A stretch of 63,630 nt of DNA, filler included, from Craspedostauros australis (Eukaryota), in assembly GCA_030167865.1 (NCBI GenBank). It is 6 parts of 6 records of this genome, joined end to end, with 100 filler letters (N's around TTAATTAATTAA, not from the genome) between each part and the next. Parts side by side here need not be neighbours in the genome. Positions count along the whole stretch, not along the records: positions 41,248 to 63,630 come from JALAGF010004225.1; 5 more parts are not named here. The stretch is one strand, 5' to 3'. Positions 61,299-63,630 of the stretch are shown here, piece after piece. How positions within the stretch are numbered: position 1 is the first letter of the stretch; each line of letters starts with the position of its first letter. A program made the position numbers and the translations under genes. Below the pieces are notes generated by a model. That model was given only the letters and a program-made list of their open reading frames with translations. It ran no database searches and was not told where the DNA came from.

Positions 61299-63630
61299 CA
61301 TAATGACGAGAACCCAGAAAACCAAAACAAACGATAACACTAGTAAAGCGAAAATCCAACAGCAAAAACACTGACACCAGTACAGATTCTACTGATTCCT
61401 CAAGTAGGGAAAAGATCCGACAATCGACCATGGCGACGAAAAACGGCACAAGTTTGAAGCACACCACCAACGATACGGAGCAAGCATCGAATCGAAACAT
61501 GACATCAGGAGCAACAGGAGGTCCCAAGCCACCGCCAGAGCCTGATCCGAAGATCGTGGCAGCAGAATTGATGGAGAGCCAAGGCAGAGTAGCCATCCAG
61601 TGGCAAGAGCCTGAAACAACACGGTGGAAAAAACTCCCAAAACAAGTCGCAGCCAACGCCAAGGCAATCAAAGCCACTGAAGTATACGAAGAAGGTCCGT
61701 CATCTCTCCACGACAGAGTCAAACGGATGTACATCCAGAAGGCAACATGGGAAGGCAAGAACAGTTCAAACGCCTCGGCACACATGCCAAGCACCAAGGA
61801 GCTGGCAGAGTTCTTCCAAAAGGTGATGGACGGCAGGACGAACAAATTCGGCACGAGCAGAGTCGCACAGGACGCACCAGACCGCGTGAAAATCAAGCAA
61901 CTGGTCGCAGATCTCTCCAAAACGGACCCGACGGAATGCTTCAAGATGGAACTCCACACTGATAACAAGTCAATGACTCGAAACCAGATCACATTGGCTT
62001 GGGCAGCAGCAGTCCGGCACATGGGGTGCCAATACTCCGACGTCATCATGGCACAGGAAGCATCGTCGGACAGCGACGACGACATGGACGGAATCCAACT
62101 GGAATCCATTCTGGTCAAACGAACGAGACAGACTTCTCTCACGCAACACACAGTGAAAGTACCTCCAAAAGCCAAAGTGAGGATTCAGGAGCCAGATGGA
62201 GCAGTCAACGAGACGAACCCAAAAGGTGACGCAAGCGGCGACGACGGAACATGGACCAGGGTGAGACAGTCCTCAGCCCAGATGATGGCAACACCCAGCA
62301 GAAAGTTCAACGAACGCTTCGACCTCAGGCTGACCATCCCGAAGAACTCCTCCACACCAATCAGAGATTTCCAATCCAGATTCGAACTGTGGTTCGACCA
62401 CGCACTAACAATCGAGCCCAAACTAGTCATATACCCATGGTATAAGCGCCACAAATCAGCAGGAACCATCTCGGAAAAGGAACCCATCCCTACCGACTGG
62501 GACGAGATGAAGAAATTCGTGTGCAGGGCCAAGCCGACAGCAAAGCAATCAGACGTGTACATGCAACTGAAACTGGGGGGCAGCCAAAACCTGAACGCGC
62601 TCACCAGTCGACGAGCAGAGATGGAAGGCGGATACTCGACAGGGGAGTACGCCTACGTCCGAGATCTCAAGGACGCAGAGAACATCACGGATGTTGGCTT
62701 CCTCGCCTATTCCGGCAACTTCACGAACACAAAGCAAACGATTGGAGTGATCAACCGGCTGCTGCAACAAATCCAACCCAAACTCCAAGTGGGAGGAAGA
62801 ATCAAATTCCTAGGCCAGGTTTCAGACGAGACGCGCGAAGAACACCGCAAGAACCTCGGCACCTGGATCAACACACCATGGGTTGCGCTGCACCTGCACG
62901 CCAACACCAGCCACGCCCGGAAGGTATCAAAAGCCCTGGGCAAGGTGTTCAACGCGAAGGACGCCGACAGAGGGGGATTGAACTACCGATTTGTTCCCAA
63001 CCCGGGCACATCCACCATCGGAGCAGACACAGCAGCGAAACTCAGGAAGATGACACGCAAACACAAGCGCTACGTGCGCCAACTCAAGCGGTTCCGGCTG
63101 GACGGCGACGTCTCGCTCGATACTCCAGACGCGCAGACAAAATCGACCACGCTGCGAGAATTCCTGAATCAGCACAAGACACCAGAAGGAAACCCCTACT
63201 TTCACGACGTCAGCACGACACACATGGCAGACGGGGATGAAGACGCCTTGAGCATTGTGGCCTTTGACGATCGGTACGACCAAGCCAAGAACATTCTGAA
63301 CTCCATCGCAATCAGGTGCAGAACGGAAATCAACAGCTCCACAGACGACTGGTTTGACGACAACATCCTGGAGATGAGTGCGGGGTACGCCAAGGACGCC
63401 ACAGGACAGGGGTATGAAGACGTCGAATTCGAAGGAGAACTTGACTACATCGTTGACGAAGATATGGGTTCGGTAGAGATCGAAGGCATGGACGAGATCG
63501 AAGACAACTCTCCATCAGGATCCCCGGTAGCCAAAAAGCCCAGACTCGAGGATGAGTCATTCAAGACTTTCAGCTCGGAATGCGGCAAATCGAGGGCATC
63601 CACCATCTTCAGCATCCAGGAATCCAAAGA
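61299..63630 (+). mobile_element. 5' end of another Ambal-like LINE (5' UTR + ORF1); runs off the window
   Basis: The C/A-rich leader beginning CATA resembles the 5' end at 33997, and an ORF1 homologue follows. Confidence 0.8.
61430..63630 (+). CDS. LINE ORF1 homologue (partial)
   Basis: Open frame from ATG 61430. PSTKELAEFFQKVMDGR, TDPTECFK, AWAAA..MG, VGFLAYSGNF, NTPW and PYFH align with PSVKDWEMFFRRILNGR, TDPRKVFK, AWEAA..LG, IGFLLYSGGF, MQPW and PIFH in 31294-33906. Confidence 0.88.
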   Translation, partial: MATKNGTSLKHTTNDTEQASNRNMTSGATGGPKPPPEPDPKIVAAELMESQGRVAIQWQEPETTRWKKLPKQVAANAKAIKATEVYEEGPSSLHDRVKRMYIQKATWEGKNSSNASAHMPSTKELAEFFQKVMDGRTNKFGTSRVAQDAPDRVKIKQLVADLSKTDPTECFKMELHTDNKSMTRNQITLAWAAAVRHMGCQYSDVIMAQEASSDSDDDMDGIQLESILVKRTRQTSLTQHTVKVPPKAKVRIQEPDGAVNETNPKGDASGDDGTWTRVRQSSAQMMATPSRKFNERFDLRLTIPKNSSTPIRDFQSRFELWFDHALTIEPKLVIYPWYKRHKSAGTISEKEPIPTDWDEMKKFVCRAKPTAKQSDVYMQLKLGGSQNLNALTSRRAEMEGGYSTGEYAYVRDLKDAENITDVGFLAYSGNFTNTKQTIGVINRLLQQIQPKLQVGGRIKFLGQVSDETREEHRKNLGTWINTPWVALHLHANTSHARKVSKALGKVFNAKDADRGGLNYRFVPNPGTSTIGADTAAKLRKMTRKHKRYVRQLKRFRLDGDVSLDTPDAQTKSTTLREFLNQHKTPEGNPYFHDVSTTHMADGDEDALSIVAFDDRYDQAKNILNSIAIRCRTEINSSTDDWFDDNILEMSAGYAKDATGQGYEDVEFEGELDYIVDEDMGSVEIEGMDEIEDNSPSGSPVAKKPRLEDESFKTFSSECGKSRASTIFSIQESK

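Noticed and set aside
36560..62175. Long antisense ORFs (e.g. 36627-37763, 39971-41203, 57333-57869, 61099-62175)
   Set aside because: Shadows of real genes on the opposite strand.

Overview
Eukaryotic genomic DNA with GT-AG introns, most likely from a diatom (inferred from DUF6824-type proteins, Ambal-like LINEs and a silaffin-like KSSK tail). The window is six contigs joined by five artificial 100-bp spacers (44N-TTAATTAATTAA-44N), so adjacency across spacers is not evidence of linkage. Host genes: an ankyrin-repeat protein, a CRAL-TRIO-like + 2x DUF6824-like protein, a large Cys-rich repeat protein, a Ycf45/SpoIIIAA-like ATPase (seen twice), a glycolate oxidase-like enzyme, a TM-RING-H2 ligase, a Cys-rich membrane protein, a 7-exon ~1254-aa secreted protein and an S1 serine protease. 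Roughly 6-36 kb is a nest of mobile elements. It holds a PIF/Harbinger-type transposase paired head-to-head with an unknown 3-exon gene across an AT-rich repeat array, duplicated Copia and DDE remnants, a ~211-bp insertion carrying a tRNA-like Pol III unit, and a decayed mariner. It also holds a full-length 8.5-kb APE-RT-RNase H LINE with a perfect 16-bp TSD; three more fragments of that LINE type occur in the window. Best leads: a covarying 3' RNA structure shared by LINE copies that lack poly(A), the transposase/accessory-gene/repeat cassette, and the tRNA-like mini-element. All family assignments come from reading motifs by eye; no searches were run.
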